From positions 1,687,412 to 1,751,411 of the forward strand of contig CAVSWG010000001.1 of the NCBI GenBank assembly GCA_963731565.1: DNA of 64,000 nucleotides. Direction: 5' to 3'. Positions 17,732 to 26,900 of the stretch are shown here, piece after piece. This DNA is from an uncultured Solirubrobacterales bacterium (lineage in GTDB: Bacteria; Actinomycetota; Thermoleophilia; Solirubrobacterales; Solirubrobacteraceae). Position 1 is the first letter of the stretch. Each line of letters starts with the position of its first letter. The notes below the pieces were generated by a model. It had not been told where the DNA came from. It worked only from the letters and a program-made list of their open reading frames with translations, and did not search any database. Made by a program: the position numbers and the translations under genes.

Positions 17732-20700
17732 ATGGAGCAGCTTGTGCTCGACTATCGGCAAGGGCGCACGCTCACCGAGGAGCAGGAGCAGGCGGTTGCC
17801 CGTCGCCATGGCTCGCTTCTCCTGGCGGCTGGTGCTGGCAGCGGCAAGACCTCGGTACTAGTGGAGCGCTTCGTGCGGGCCGTGCGTGAGGATGGCATCG
17901 CTCCGGGGCGCATACTCGCGATCACCTTTACCGAGCGGGCGGCCGGGGAGCTGCGCGAGCGGGTAAGAGAGCGCCTCTTGGAGCTCGGCGAGCGTGATTT
18001 CGCGCGCGAGGCGGAGGCAGCGAACGTGTCTACCTTCCACGGTTTCTGCGCGCGCTTGCTGCGTATCCATCCGCTTCAGGCGGGAGTCGAGCCTGGCTTC
18101 CAGGTCCTCGAAGAGGGCTTCGCCGAGCGGCTGCGTGTGCTTGCCTTCAGCGAAGCGCTTGCGGGCTTCCTCGAGGGATCTCGCCCCGATGCGGTCGATC
18201 TCGTCGCGGCCTACGGCGCCGATCCCTTGCGCACTATGGTGCTCGGCGCGTATGCCCAGCTACGCAGCCTGGGCCAGACCGAGCCGCGGCTACCCGCAGT
18301 GGTGAGGGATCGCATGGTCGGAGAGCGCGCTATGGACAGGGGGGTAGACGGGGACGACACAGACGGGGACGACACAGACGGGGACGGCACAGACGGGGAC
18401 GGCACAGACGGGGAGGGCACCGCTGAGGAGGGCACGGCTGAGGAGGGCAAGGCTGAACGAGACGATCGGGCTGCGCATGCCTGCGCTCTCATCGACGAGC
18501 TCATGGAGCGCTTCGACACGGTCTACACCGAGCGAAAGCATGCGCGCGCGAAGCTCGATTTCGACGATCTCGAGTTGCGTGCCCGTTCGCTCTTGCAGGA
18601 ACAGGCCGACGTGCGCGAGGCATGGGCTGAGCGCTTCGAGCTGCTCATGGTCGACGAGTTCCAGGACTCCAGCCCACGCCAGCTCCAGGTTCTGGCGACG
18701 CTCGATCGCGACAATCTGTTCACGGTCGGCGACGAGCTCCAGTCGATCTATGGGTTTCGCCACGCCGACGTGGGCCTCTTTCGCGAGCGCCGTGAGCTGC
18801 TGAGCAAGAACGGTGCGAGCCTTGCGCTGACACGCAACTTCCGCAGCCGTCCCGAGGTACTCGCGGCGGTCGAGCGGATCTTCGCTGGGCGCATGGGCGA
18901 GCATTTCGTGCCGCTGGTCCCCGCGCGTTCGGCATCCTCGGGAGAGGAGCCGATCGTTGAGCTATTGCTCACCGACAAGCGCGGCTGGGAGCGTCTGCCG
19001 GGGGACGAGGAACTTCGGGGCATGCCCGAAGCGACGCCTTGGCGCCAAGCAGAAGCTCGTCTGCTCGCCGGTCGAATCGCCCAGCTGGTCTCTAGCCGGC
19101 AGGCTCAAGCAGGAGAGATCGTGGTGCTGCTACGCGCGCTCGGTGACGTCCCGGTCTACGAGAGCGCATTGCGCAGCCAGGGGCTGCCCACATTGGCGGG
19201 GGTTGGTGGCTTCTGGGGTCATCAGCAGGTCGGTGACCTGCTCGCGTGGCTGCGTGCGCTCGCCAACCCCTTCGACGAGCTGGCGCTCTACTCGACGCTT
19301 GCCTCGCCCCTGGTCGGCGCCTCGAGCGACACGCTGGCCTTGATCGCCCGTGTCACCCGGGAACGCAAACGCGGTGTATGGCTTGCCCTCAGCGACGGAG
19401 CGTCCGAGCTGGATCCGTTGCTGGCGCCTGCCGAGCGTAAGCGCATAGCGTCCTTTCGCCGACTGTTCGCGACAGAGCGCGCGACTGCCCCGCTACATCC
19501 CATCTCCGAGCTCCTGCGACGCGCGATCGCGGTCACCGGCTATGAGGCACACGTCTTGTCGAGGACATGGGGCGAGCGCCGGCTCGCGAACGTTCAGAAG
19601 CTCATACGTCTGGCGCGTCGTTTCGAGGCCCAGGAGGGGCGCGACCTGCGCCGTTTCCTCGATCATGTGACCCATCTGGAGCGGGCCGCGGGTTCGCGAG
19701 AGGCCGATGCACCGGTGGGGGACGGTGCGGTCGAGTCGGTGCGCCTGATGAGCATTCATGCGGCCAAGGGACTCGAGTTCCCCGTTGTATGCGTCGCCGA
19801 TCTCGGACGCGACCCAAATCTGCGATCTCCGGACCTCTTGGTCGACCGCGAGGGGGCGCGCGTCGGCTTGCGCCTACTCGAGCTCTCCACTCTTGAGCCG
19901 TCCTCCGCGCTCGGCTATGACGAGTTGCGCGAGGAGCGCAGGGCAGCCGAGGAAGAGGAGGAGGACCGCGTGCTCTATGTGGCCTGCACACGTGCGGAGA
20001 ACAGGCTGTTGCTTAGTGGATCGGCTTCGTTCGAGCGTTGGCCCGCGTCGAGACCGGGTGTGGCGCCGATTGCATGGCTCGCGCCGGCCCTCGTCCCGGA
20101 CTCGCCGTCGCTCGCCGCGTCCGATCAGCGTCCGACTGACGCTTTGACGGTGGACATGGGCGACGGCCTGCGCGTGCGTTGTGTCTTCAACGCGCCGGGC
20201 GACAGGGCTCAGAGGGGCGTCGGCCCTACGAGCGAGTCTTGCGGCGCGGCCATCGGCGGGGCTGGAAACGGCGGGAGGCGGCTGGGCAATGTGTCAGTCG
20301 CGGACAGCGGTGCTGCACTGGCATCGCCGCGTGTCCAAGCCCCGCTCATGGACAACAGCGCCACGATGAGCTACACCTCTCTCGCCGAGCTGGAGCGCTG
20401 CGGCTATCGCTACTACCTCGAACGCATTCTGGGTCTTCCTGAGAATCGTACTGTCGCGCGTAGTGGTGATGACGGTGGAATCGAGGCGCGCACGCGTGGC
20501 ACGATCGTCCACATCCTGCTCGAGTCGATCGACTTCGCACGCCCCCAATTGCCCTCTGCTCAGGAGGTGGGCGCCGTGGCTCGGCGGATCGGGGTGAGTG
20601 TCGGTGCTGGCGAGCGCGGGCGGATCGTGGCTCTGATCGCCAGGGCAGTTGCCGCGGATCCTGCACGCCAGCTTGCCACGGCCTGCCGTCCCCGACGCGA

Positions 20701-21169
20701 GCATCCTTTCGCCTTCTCGCTTCATCCCGGTGAGCCACTCATTACGGGCTTTCTAGATCTGATCGTCGAGCAGCCCGACGGCAGCAGCCTGATCGTGGAC
20801 TACAAGAGCGACCGGCTCGCCGGCTCCGAGGACCTCGAGCAGCTCGTGCGACGTGACTACTCGATCCAGAGGCTCCTTTATGCGCTTGCGGCGATCGAAG
20901 ACGGAGTCGAGCAAGTGGAAGTAGCCCACTGGTTCCTCGAGCGTCCCGACGCTTGGGTGGCAACTCGATTTACCTCAGGCGAACGCCACCATTTGCGCGG
21001 GCTGCTGCTCTCCCGTATGGAGAATGCGAGAGCCAAGGGCTTTACCGTGACCGCACGTCCGCACCGAGGGATTTGTTTCACCTGCCCCGGCCGGGGGGGC
21101 CTGTGCTCCTGGGGGGAAGACCGCACTATGGCTGAGCATTCGCATGGGGGAAACCCGCACCATCAGTGA
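17732..21169 (+). CDS. addA: AddA-type UvrD-family helicase/nuclease subunit A
   Basis: Walker A AGAGSGKTSVL, UvrD/Rep motifs, and a C-terminal PD-(D/E)XK motif (GFLDLIVE...LIVDYKSD). Start set at the ATG at 17732 (MEQLVLDY...). Confidence 0.9.
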   Translation: MEQLVLDYRQGRTLTEEQEQAVARRHGSLLLAAGAGSGKTSVLVERFVRAVREDGIAPGRILAITFTERAAGELRERVRERLLELGERDFAREAEAANVSTFHGFCARLLRIHPLQAGVEPGFQVLEEGFAERLRVLAFSEALAGFLEGSRPDAVDLVAAYGADPLRTMVLGAYAQLRSLGQTEPRLPAVVRDRMVGERAMDRGVDGDDTDGDDTDGDGTDGDGTDGEGTAEEGTAEEGKAERDDRAAHACALIDELMERFDTVYTERKHARAKLDFDDLELRARSLLQEQADVREAWAERFELLMVDEFQDSSPRQLQVLATLDRDNLFTVGDELQSIYGFRHADVGLFRERRELLSKNGASLALTRNFRSRPEVLAAVERIFAGRMGEHFVPLVPARSASSGEEPIVELLLTDKRGWERLPGDEELRGMPEATPWRQAEARLLAGRIAQLVSSRQAQAGEIVVLLRALGDVPVYESALRSQGLPTLAGVGGFWGHQQVGDLLAWLRALANPFDELALYSTLASPLVGASSDTLALIARVTRERKRGVWLALSDGASELDPLLAPAERKRIASFRRLFATERATAPLHPISELLRRAIAVTGYEAHVLSRTWGERRLANVQKLIRLARRFEAQEGRDLRRFLDHVTHLERAAGSREADAPVGDGAVESVRLMSIHAAKGLEFPVVCVADLGRDPNLRSPDLLVDREGARVGLRLLELSTLEPSSALGYDELREERRAAEEEEEDRVLYVACTRAENRLLLSGSASFERWPASRPGVAPIAWLAPALVPDSPSLAASDQRPTDALTVDMGDGLRVRCVFNAPGDRAQRGVGPTSESCGAAIGGAGNGGRRLGNVSVADSGAALASPRVQAPLMDNSATMSYTSLAELERCGYRYYLERILGLPENRTVARSGDDGGIEARTRGTIVHILLESIDFARPQLPSAQEVGAVARRIGVSVGAGERGRIVALIARAVAADPARQLATACRPRREHPFAFSLHPGEPLITGFLDLIVEQPDGSSLIVDYKSDRLAGSEDLEQLVRRDYSIQRLLYALAAIEDGVEQVEVAHWFLERPDAWVATRFTSGERHHLRGLLLSRMENARAKGFTVTARPHRGICFTCPGRGGLCSWGEDRTMAEHSHGGNPHHQ
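18347..18451 (+). repeat. 7 x 15-bp in-frame tandem repeat inside addA
   Basis: The units are gacggggacgacaca x2, gacggggacggcaca x2, gacggggagggcacc, gctgaggagggcacg and gctgaggagggcaag. They encode DGDDT DGDDT DGDGT DGDGT DGEGT AEEGT AEEGK. Confidence 0.9.
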
Positions 21170-21248
21170 GCGGTACGCCACATTGGAATCCTCCCGCCTA
21201 GGGGGTACGCTCACGGAATCGCCTGTTTCGCGATCGCCTGAAGCATTT

Positions 21249-21284
21249 GAGGTCCAGGAGGAGCGTGAGGTCCAGGAGGAGCGC
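21249..21284 (+). repeat. 2 x 18-bp tandem duplication carrying AGGAGG, upstream of or at the start of the sigma factor gene
   Basis: gaggtccaggaggagcgt followed by gaggtccaggaggagcgc. Confidence 0.85.
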
Positions 21285-21288
21285 CGAA

Positions 21289-22080
21289 GTGGAACTGATG
21301 CCAACGCACAGATCACCGGCTACGGTCACTCAAATGTCTGCGGTCGTGCCCGATCTCGAGCTGTTCGCGCGTATGCACATCGATGGTGACGGCGCTGCGC
21401 GTGAGCTCTTGGTTGAGCGCTACCTGCCGCTCGCCCGTCGCTTGGCGCGTCGCTACCAGCACACCGACGAGCCGATCGAGGATCTCATCCAGGTCGCTTC
21501 GATCGGCCTGCTCAAGGCCGTCGATCGCTTCGACTGCTCGCGTGACGTCATGTTCTCGAGCTACGCCGTTCCGACAATCCTCGGCGAGCTCAAGCGACAT
21601 TTCCGCGACCGCACCTGGTCTGTGCGTGTTCCTCGCGACCTCCAAGAGCTGGCCTTGCGTGTCGACCAGACGGTCACCCGACTGTCGCTCGGTCAGCGCC
21701 GCTCCCCGTCGGTGCCTGAGATTGCCGCGGCAGTGGAAGCCTCGGACGAGCAGGTACTCGAGGCGCTCGAGGCCATGGGCGCCTACCGGGCCAGCTCGCT
21801 CGACTCGCCGCGCTCCGGTCGCGAGGAGGAGACAGAGAGCGTGGCCGAGGGTCTCGGCACTCGCGATCTCGGCTTCGACCGAGCGGAGGAGCGGGCGACC
21901 CTGGAGCCGCTCATGTGGCGCATTTCAGAGCGCGAGCGCGTCGTCTTGCGCTTGCGCTTCAGCGACGACCTCACACAGGCCGAGATCGGCGAGCGGATCG
22001 GCGTCTCCCAGATGCAGGTCTCCCGTCTCATCAGGCAGGCATTGACGCGCCTTCGCGCTGGTGTTGACGATAAGGCTTGA
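21289..22080 (+). CDS. RNA polymerase sigma factor, SigB/SigF/SigG subfamily
   Basis: Region 2 is YLPLARRLARRYQ...DLIQVASIGLLKAVDRFD. Region 4 HTH is LTQAEIGERIGVSQMQVSRL. Start is uncertain: I chose the GTG at 21289, 9 nt after the second AGGAGG, while the track ORF starts at 21247. Confidence 0.85.
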   Translation: MELMPTHRSPATVTQMSAVVPDLELFARMHIDGDGAARELLVERYLPLARRLARRYQHTDEPIEDLIQVASIGLLKAVDRFDCSRDVMFSSYAVPTILGELKRHFRDRTWSVRVPRDLQELALRVDQTVTRLSLGQRRSPSVPEIAAAVEASDEQVLEALEAMGAYRASSLDSPRSGREEETESVAEGLGTRDLGFDRAEERATLEPLMWRISERERVVLRLRFSDDLTQAEIGERIGVSQMQVSRLIRQALTRLRAGVDDKA

Positions 22081-22113
22081 CAATGTCCCGATTAGAAGTC
22101 AACATGTTTCTTG

Positions 22114-22893
22114 ATGCAAAGAGCTATGTGGATGGGGACGCTCAGCTTCGGCTTGGTAAGCGTGCCCGTAAAGCTGTACAGCGCTGTCACGCGTAAGACG
22201 GTCCACTTCAACCAAATCCACTCGCTCGACAGCGGGCGCATCCATCAAAAGCACGTCTGTTCCCTGGATGGGGAAGAGATCCCTCTGGATGAGATCGTCA
22301 AGGGCTATGAGATCGCGCCCGATCGCTACATCCCGGTCGAGGCGCGCGAGCTACAGGCCTTGGAACCTCTGTTCACGCGCACCATTCAGGTCGAGGACTT
22401 CGTCGAGCTCGGGGAAATCGATCCGATCTACTTCGACCGTCCGTATCACCTCGTGCCCGGGATCGCGGGCGCCCACCCTTATCGCCTGCTCCTGCGAGCG
22501 ATGCAGGACACCGGCAAGGTCGCGATCGGGCGCATCGTCATGCGCTCCAAAGAACGACTGGTGGCGATCCGACCTCGCGAGAATGCGCTCCTGATGCTCA
22601 CAATGAGCTACGGCGAAGAGGTCAACCCGACCGTCGGTCTGCGGGAGCTCGAAGGACTCGACGGCGACATGGATGAGCAGGAGCTCGATGTGGCCCGCCG
22701 ACTCGTTGCCTCGGTGGCCGAACCTTTCGACATCGACAAGTACCAGGACACCTTCCGCGAGGCCGTGCTCGATCTGATCGACCGCAAGGCTGCGGGTGAG
22801 CCGATCCCCTTGAGCCCCGCCCCTGAGCCTCCTCCAGACTCGCCCGATGTCATGGAAGCGCTCGAAGCGAGTTTGGAGCGGGTTGGCGGATAG
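22114..22893 (+). CDS. ku: Ku protein (non-homologous end joining)
   Basis: N-terminus MQRAMWMGTLSFGLVSVPVKLYSA is the canonical bacterial Ku start. About 260 aa. Lies 33 nt downstream of the sigma gene stop. Confidence 0.9.
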   Translation: MQRAMWMGTLSFGLVSVPVKLYSAVTRKTVHFNQIHSLDSGRIHQKHVCSLDGEEIPLDEIVKGYEIAPDRYIPVEARELQALEPLFTRTIQVEDFVELGEIDPIYFDRPYHLVPGIAGAHPYRLLLRAMQDTGKVAIGRIVMRSKERLVAIRPRENALLMLTMSYGEEVNPTVGLRELEGLDGDMDEQELDVARRLVASVAEPFDIDKYQDTFREAVLDLIDRKAAGEPIPLSPAPEPPPDSPDVMEALEASLERVGG

Positions 22894-22915
22894 CGGGCTG
22901 GAAGGCTCGGAGTGG

Positions 22916-23365
22916 TCAGCTGGAGCTGAGCACCAGCACCAGCTGAGAGCCTTCGCCGTTCCCGTCGACCTCGACTAGCACCTTGTCGGCGATGCTCTGA
23001 AGCACGTTGCCAACCACGGGCAACGTCGCGTCTTCGAGGAGTCTCGCGGCGCCATCGCAGGTCAGCTCGGACACGCGCAGCTCCGCCTCGCGCTCGTCGG
23101 CTCTCAAGGTCACTGCCACATATTGTCCGCGCGCGTGCGCGGGGGCGTGTGCGCCCAGCGCATCGCATACGAGCAGCGAATCATCGAGGCTGTCCAGCGG
23201 CCAGTCGGCGCGTGCAAGCACGATCGAGACGATCCGTCGTAGCACTGGGCCCACGAGCGGACCGTCGGCGACTCGCACACGCACCGTCCCAGTCAGGTCA
23301 GGCGACTGTGGTTGGTCCGTGTCGCTCGTCTCGGCCAGCTCGGGCTCGCCCAGCGTCTCGTTCAT
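22916..23365 (-). CDS. hypothetical protein, possibly a degenerate anti-sigma (HATPase-like) paralogue
   Basis: 150 aa from the internal ATG (MNETLG...), which overlaps the upstream stop (ATGA). It has a weak RsbW-like pattern (LRRIVSIVLARADWPLDSLDDSLLVCDAL) but no ATP-binding G-boxes. Confidence 0.45.
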   Translation of the reverse strand: MNETLGEPELAETSDTDQPQSPDLTGTVRVRVADGPLVGPVLRRIVSIVLARADWPLDSLDDSLLVCDALGAHAPAHARGQYVAVTLRADEREAELRVSELTCDGAARLLEDATLPVVGNVLQSIADKVLVEVDGNGEGSQLVLVLSSS

Positions 23366-23781
23366 GTGCCGTGTCCATTCATGGCCGGCACCGGGTCCCT
23401 CAGGACGAAGGTCATCCGGACCTCGGTGTGATCTTCGTTGCCATGCCCTAGCTGAACGGACTCCGCAAGCGCCGCGATCAACGAGAGGCCAAGGCCGAGA
23501 CCCGGGCTGTCTGAACGCGGTCTGATGCCGCGACCCCAGTCGCGTACGAGCACGGTGAGTCTCTCCTCCTCCATGCTGGTGACCACCTCCATCTGGCCTT
23601 GGCTGCCATCTGGATAGGCGTGTACTACGACGTTCGCGCACGCCTCGGTGACGGCGAGGCGAATGTCCGAGAGCTTCTCCTCAGGCACTTCGCAAGCCTC
23701 GCCGAAGCCGCCAAGGACGTGCCGAACTATCGCGATGTTCTCGGCCCGCGCGTCGAGCGTGAGCTCCATGTCCGGCGTCAT
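23362..23781 (-). CDS. anti-sigma regulatory factor, RsbW/SpoIIAB-like serine kinase
   Basis: HATPase N-box (VTEACANVVVHAY) and G-box (GLGLGLSLI). Start set at the ATG at 23781, preceded by ccaggagagg. Confidence 0.8.
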   Translation of the reverse strand: MTPDMELTLDARAENIAIVRHVLGGFGEACEVPEEKLSDIRLAVTEACANVVVHAYPDGSQGQMEVVTSMEEERLTVLVRDWGRGIRPRSDSPGLGLGLSLIAALAESVQLGHGNEDHTEVRMTFVLRDPVPAMNGHGT

Positions 23782-23986
23782 TGCCTCTCCTGGCGGTCTG
23801 CCGTGGGGATACTGCTTGTGGTCCTCGCACATAGTGATGCCCGGCTAGGACGGATTTCACACGTCAGGCGAGTGTCCGGCGAGCGATCTCGATGCTACCC
23901 TTTCAAGCTCCGCCTCAGGTGCCGACCCCCCATGCCCACGAGGGCGCTGAGTCCTCAGGGACGCGCCGCCCCAAGGCAGCACTCAC

Positions 23987-26900
23987 ATGACTTCGCACAC
24001 ATTGCCATCACAGGCCGCTGGACTCTACGACCCCCGCTATGAGCACGATGCGTGCGGCGTGGGCATGGTCGCGCGCCTCGACAACGTCGCCACCCATGAG
24101 GTCGTCACCCGGGCGATAACCGCCTTGGAGAACCTCGAGCACCGGGGCGCCTCGGGGGCCGATCCCTTGACTGGCGACGGTGCGGGAATCCTCATGCAGA
24201 TGCCCGACGAGCTCTTGCGGGCGGTGGTGGGCTTCGAGCTGCCCCCGCTGGGGTCCTACGGGGTCTTGATGTGCTTCCTACCCACCGAGGACTCTGCCCG
24301 CATGCGGATTGAAAGCTTGCTCGAGCAAGCCACCCTCGAGGAGGGTCAGCGCATGCTTGGCTGGCGCGAGGTCCCCATTTGCCCTGAGCACACGGGCGCA
24401 ACCGCCGCCGCTTGCCGGCCGGTCATTCGCCAACTGTTCGTCGGTGCTGCCGCTGGACTCGACCAGGATGCTTTCGAGCGCAAGCTCTATGTGATCAGGC
24501 GCGTCTGCGAACAGGCCACCGCCGCCTGGACCGAAGAGGAGCGCAAGGGCTTCTACGTCACCTCGTCCTCATCGCGCACCCTCAACTACAAGGGCATGCT
24601 CATCTCCTACCAGCTGGGCGCGTTTTACCCCGACCTGCGCGACCAGCGCTGTAAGAGCGCCTTGGGGCTTGTCCACTCGCGCTTCTCCACCAACACGTTC
24701 CCCTCCTGGGAGCTGGCCCATCCCTACCGTGTGATCTGCCACAACGGTGAGATCAACACTGTCATGGGCAACGTCAACTGGATGCGCGCACGTGAGTCCG
24801 AGCTGGCCTCTGAGCTGTTCGGCGAGGACCTCGCCAAGGTGCTGCCGGTCGTCACCCAGGGCAACTCCGACTCCGCCACGTTCGACAACGTCTTGGAGCT
24901 GCTCATGCTTGCCGGGCGCTCACTCCCGCACGCGGTCATGATGATGATCCCTGAGGCCTACCGCTCGCGCGAGGACCTGCCCGAGGAGCTCAAGGGCTTC
25001 TACGCTTTCCACTCCTGTCTTATGGAGCCTTGGGACGGCCCGGCCGCCGTTGCCTTCACCGACGGGCGCGTGGTCGGCGCCACGCTCGACCGCAATGGCC
25101 TGCGTCCCGGCCGCTGGGTCATCACCAAGGACGGCCATGTCGTACTCGGCTCCGAGGCCGGCCTGCTCGACGTGCCCGCCGGGGAAGTCTTGCGTCTTGG
25201 GCGTCTACAGCCTGGCAAGCTTTTCCTCGTCGATCTCGAGCAGGGTCGCATCATCGACGACAGCGATGTCAAGCGCCGCATCTCCACACAGCAGCCTTAT
25301 GGCGAGTGGTACGCGCGCAACGCCGTTCGCTTTGCCGACCTGCCGCCAGCAGAGCAGGTCACGCTCTCCGATCAGCCGCTACACCGGCGCCAGCGTGCTT
25401 TCGGGTACTCCCAGGAGGATCTGCGCGTGCTGCTCGAGCCGATGGCTCGCGAGGCAGCCGAGCCGATCGGCTCCATGGGCAACGACCTGTCCTTGGCAGT
25501 CCTCTCCGATCAAGCTCCGCCCCTGTTCTCCTACTTCAAGCAGCTATTCGCCCAGGTCACCAATCCCCCGATCGACCCGATCCGCGAGGAAATCGTGATG
25601 AGCCTCTCCACGAGCCTCGGCACCGAGCACAACCTGTTCGACGAGACTCCCGAGCACGCCCACAAGCTCGAGCTTGAGCAGCCGATCCTGCTTAACCGCG
25701 AGCTCGAGACATTGCGCCACATCTCAACCGATGTGTTCTCCTCGCGCACGTTGGACATCACCTGGCCCGTGGCCGATGGGCCGGCGGGACTAGCGGATGC
25801 TCTCGAGCACGTCTGCGAGCAGGCTCACGAGGCGATCGAGCAAGGCGTCAACATCATCATCCTCTCTGACCGCTTGCTTGGACCAAGGCGTGCCGCGATC
25901 CCTTCGCTGCTCGCGGTCTCCTCGGTTCACCACCACCTCGTGCGCGAGGGCACCCGTCTGCGTGCCGGCATCGTGCTCGAGTCCGGTGAGCCGCGCGAGG
26001 TCCACCACTTCGCGACCTTGATCGGCTATGGGGTCTCCGCGATCAATCCTTACGTGATGCTGGAGACCTTGGACGAGCTTGTCGCGCAGGGACACATAAC
26101 CCGAGCCGAGAACGGATCTTCGGTTCCGCTGTCCCCAGAGCAGGCCGCCCAGAACACGATCAAGGCGATTGGCAAGGGCCTGCTCAAGACGATCTCCAAG
26201 ATGGGCATCTCCACGATCCAGTCCTACCGCGGCGCTCAGATCTTCGAGGCCGTCGGGCTGGAGCGCGAGTTGATCGATCGCCACTTCACAGGCACCGCCT
26301 CGCGCATCGGCGGCATCGGCATGGATGTCCTGGCCATCGAGGCCTTGGAGCGCCACGCGCGCGCGGGGTGGGGGGGGTACTCCCAGCAATACGACGATCT
26401 TCTGCCCGTGGGTGGCGTCTATGCCTGGCGGCGTGACGGCGAGCACCACATGTGGAACCCCGAGACGATTGCCTTGGTCCAGCACGCCGTTCGCTCAGCC
26501 AACGGCAACGTCTCCGCGGCGCTTTCCGGCGATAGCGAAGCGCACGCCGAGGTGCGCGACTCACCCGCATTCCAGAAGTACCGTGAGTATGCGGCGGCCG
26601 TCAATCAGGACGCGGCCCGCAAGGCCACCTTGCGCGGTCTCTTGCGGATCGGGCCCGAGCGCGCGAGCGATGCCGGCGGTGTGGCCGGTGGAGCGGGTGC
26701 CGAGTCCGGCGGCGGCATCCCGCTCTCCGAGGTCGAGCCGGCCAAGGAGATCGTGCGCCGCTTCTGTACCGGCGCGATGAGCCTTGGCTCGATCTCGCGC
26801 GAGGCCCATGAGACATTGGCGATTGCGATGAACCGCCTCGGTGGTCGTTCCAACACCGGCGAGGGTGGGGAGGACCCGGCGCGCTTCACTCCCGACCCCA

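Noticed and set aside
26341-26375. Additional candidate copies of the (CG)n element inside coding regions, for example gltB 26341-26375 (ccacgcgcgcgcggggtgg), addA 18530-18560 and hyuB 54420-54450.
   Set aside because: Only the GCGCGC core and a few flanking bases match. In a genome this GC-rich, with frequent Ala-Arg-Ala codons, that is not enough to call them family members.
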